Of a stretch of DNA of 64,000 bases, positions 63,621-64,000 are shown one piece after another. The position numbers and the translations under genes are program-made. Location of the stretch: NCBI RefSeq assembly GCF_009914755.1, contig NC_060932.1; one strand, 5' to 3'. The stretch is from the human T2T-CHM13v2.0 reference genome, Homo sapiens. The notes under the pieces are model-generated. The model was not told the origin of the DNA, ran no database searches, and saw nothing but the letters and a program-made list of their open reading frames with translations. Numbering within the stretch: position 1 is the stretch's first letter; the number at the start of each line of letters is the position of its first letter.

Positions 63621-64000
63621 TTTTATCAAAGCAGTAAAGAGTTCTTTCTGTGAACTTACAGAAAATAAAAGTTTTAAAACACTTTGTCCAGCTGAAGCAA
63701 TCATAGCTACATATATGTATGTAGCTATGACTCCATGTGGCATGGCCCTTGTGGCTGTGTGTTATTGTTGCCTAACAATGTTTATTAACCCTGGTAATGG
63801 TGTTCTCCTTTTCCAATGGGTAGAATGAGGATGGATCCTGGTTTCCTGGACAGTGCAGTTCATGTTTATGCCCTAGTTTAATTATTAAGTCTCCCCTTTA
63901 ACTCTCAAATGTGTCCAGTTTGTTCAAAAAATTATATCGTTTTCTTATCTGTAAGGAACAACTTTGTTCTTTACTTTCTGTCTACACATTCTGAATGGAG

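Overview
Primate (AluY-bearing, probably human or great ape) non-coding DNA. It is AT-rich and CpG-depleted, with no CpG island and no supportable host protein-coding exon. Most of the window is interspersed repeats. These include the 3' part of a decayed class III (ERV-L/HERV-S-like) provirus with collapsed pol and env and its 3' LTR (~700-4023), many solo LTRs (LTR16, MER21, MLT1, THE1/MST, LTR33, LTR78, MER4A, and an LTR10 with an AP-1 VNTR), nested old and young L1s including a near full-length L1PB-type copy (~52.3-59.4 kb), Alus, MIR/L2/L3 relics, DNA-transposon MITEs (MER44, MER85, MADE1) and a decayed tRNA-Asn(GTT) copy. I see no convincing new multi-gene system. The most unusual signals are (i) several locally templated insertions or duplications, some with fold-back hairpins at their junctions, (ii) the miniaturised ERV env that keeps both the SU CXXC and TM CX6CC vestiges, (iii) the LTR10 AP-1 array, and (iv) a cluster of well-formed splice signals in the repeat-poor 20-21 kb block. 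Subfamily names come from recall of consensus sequences, not from a database search. Boundaries of old elements are approximate.
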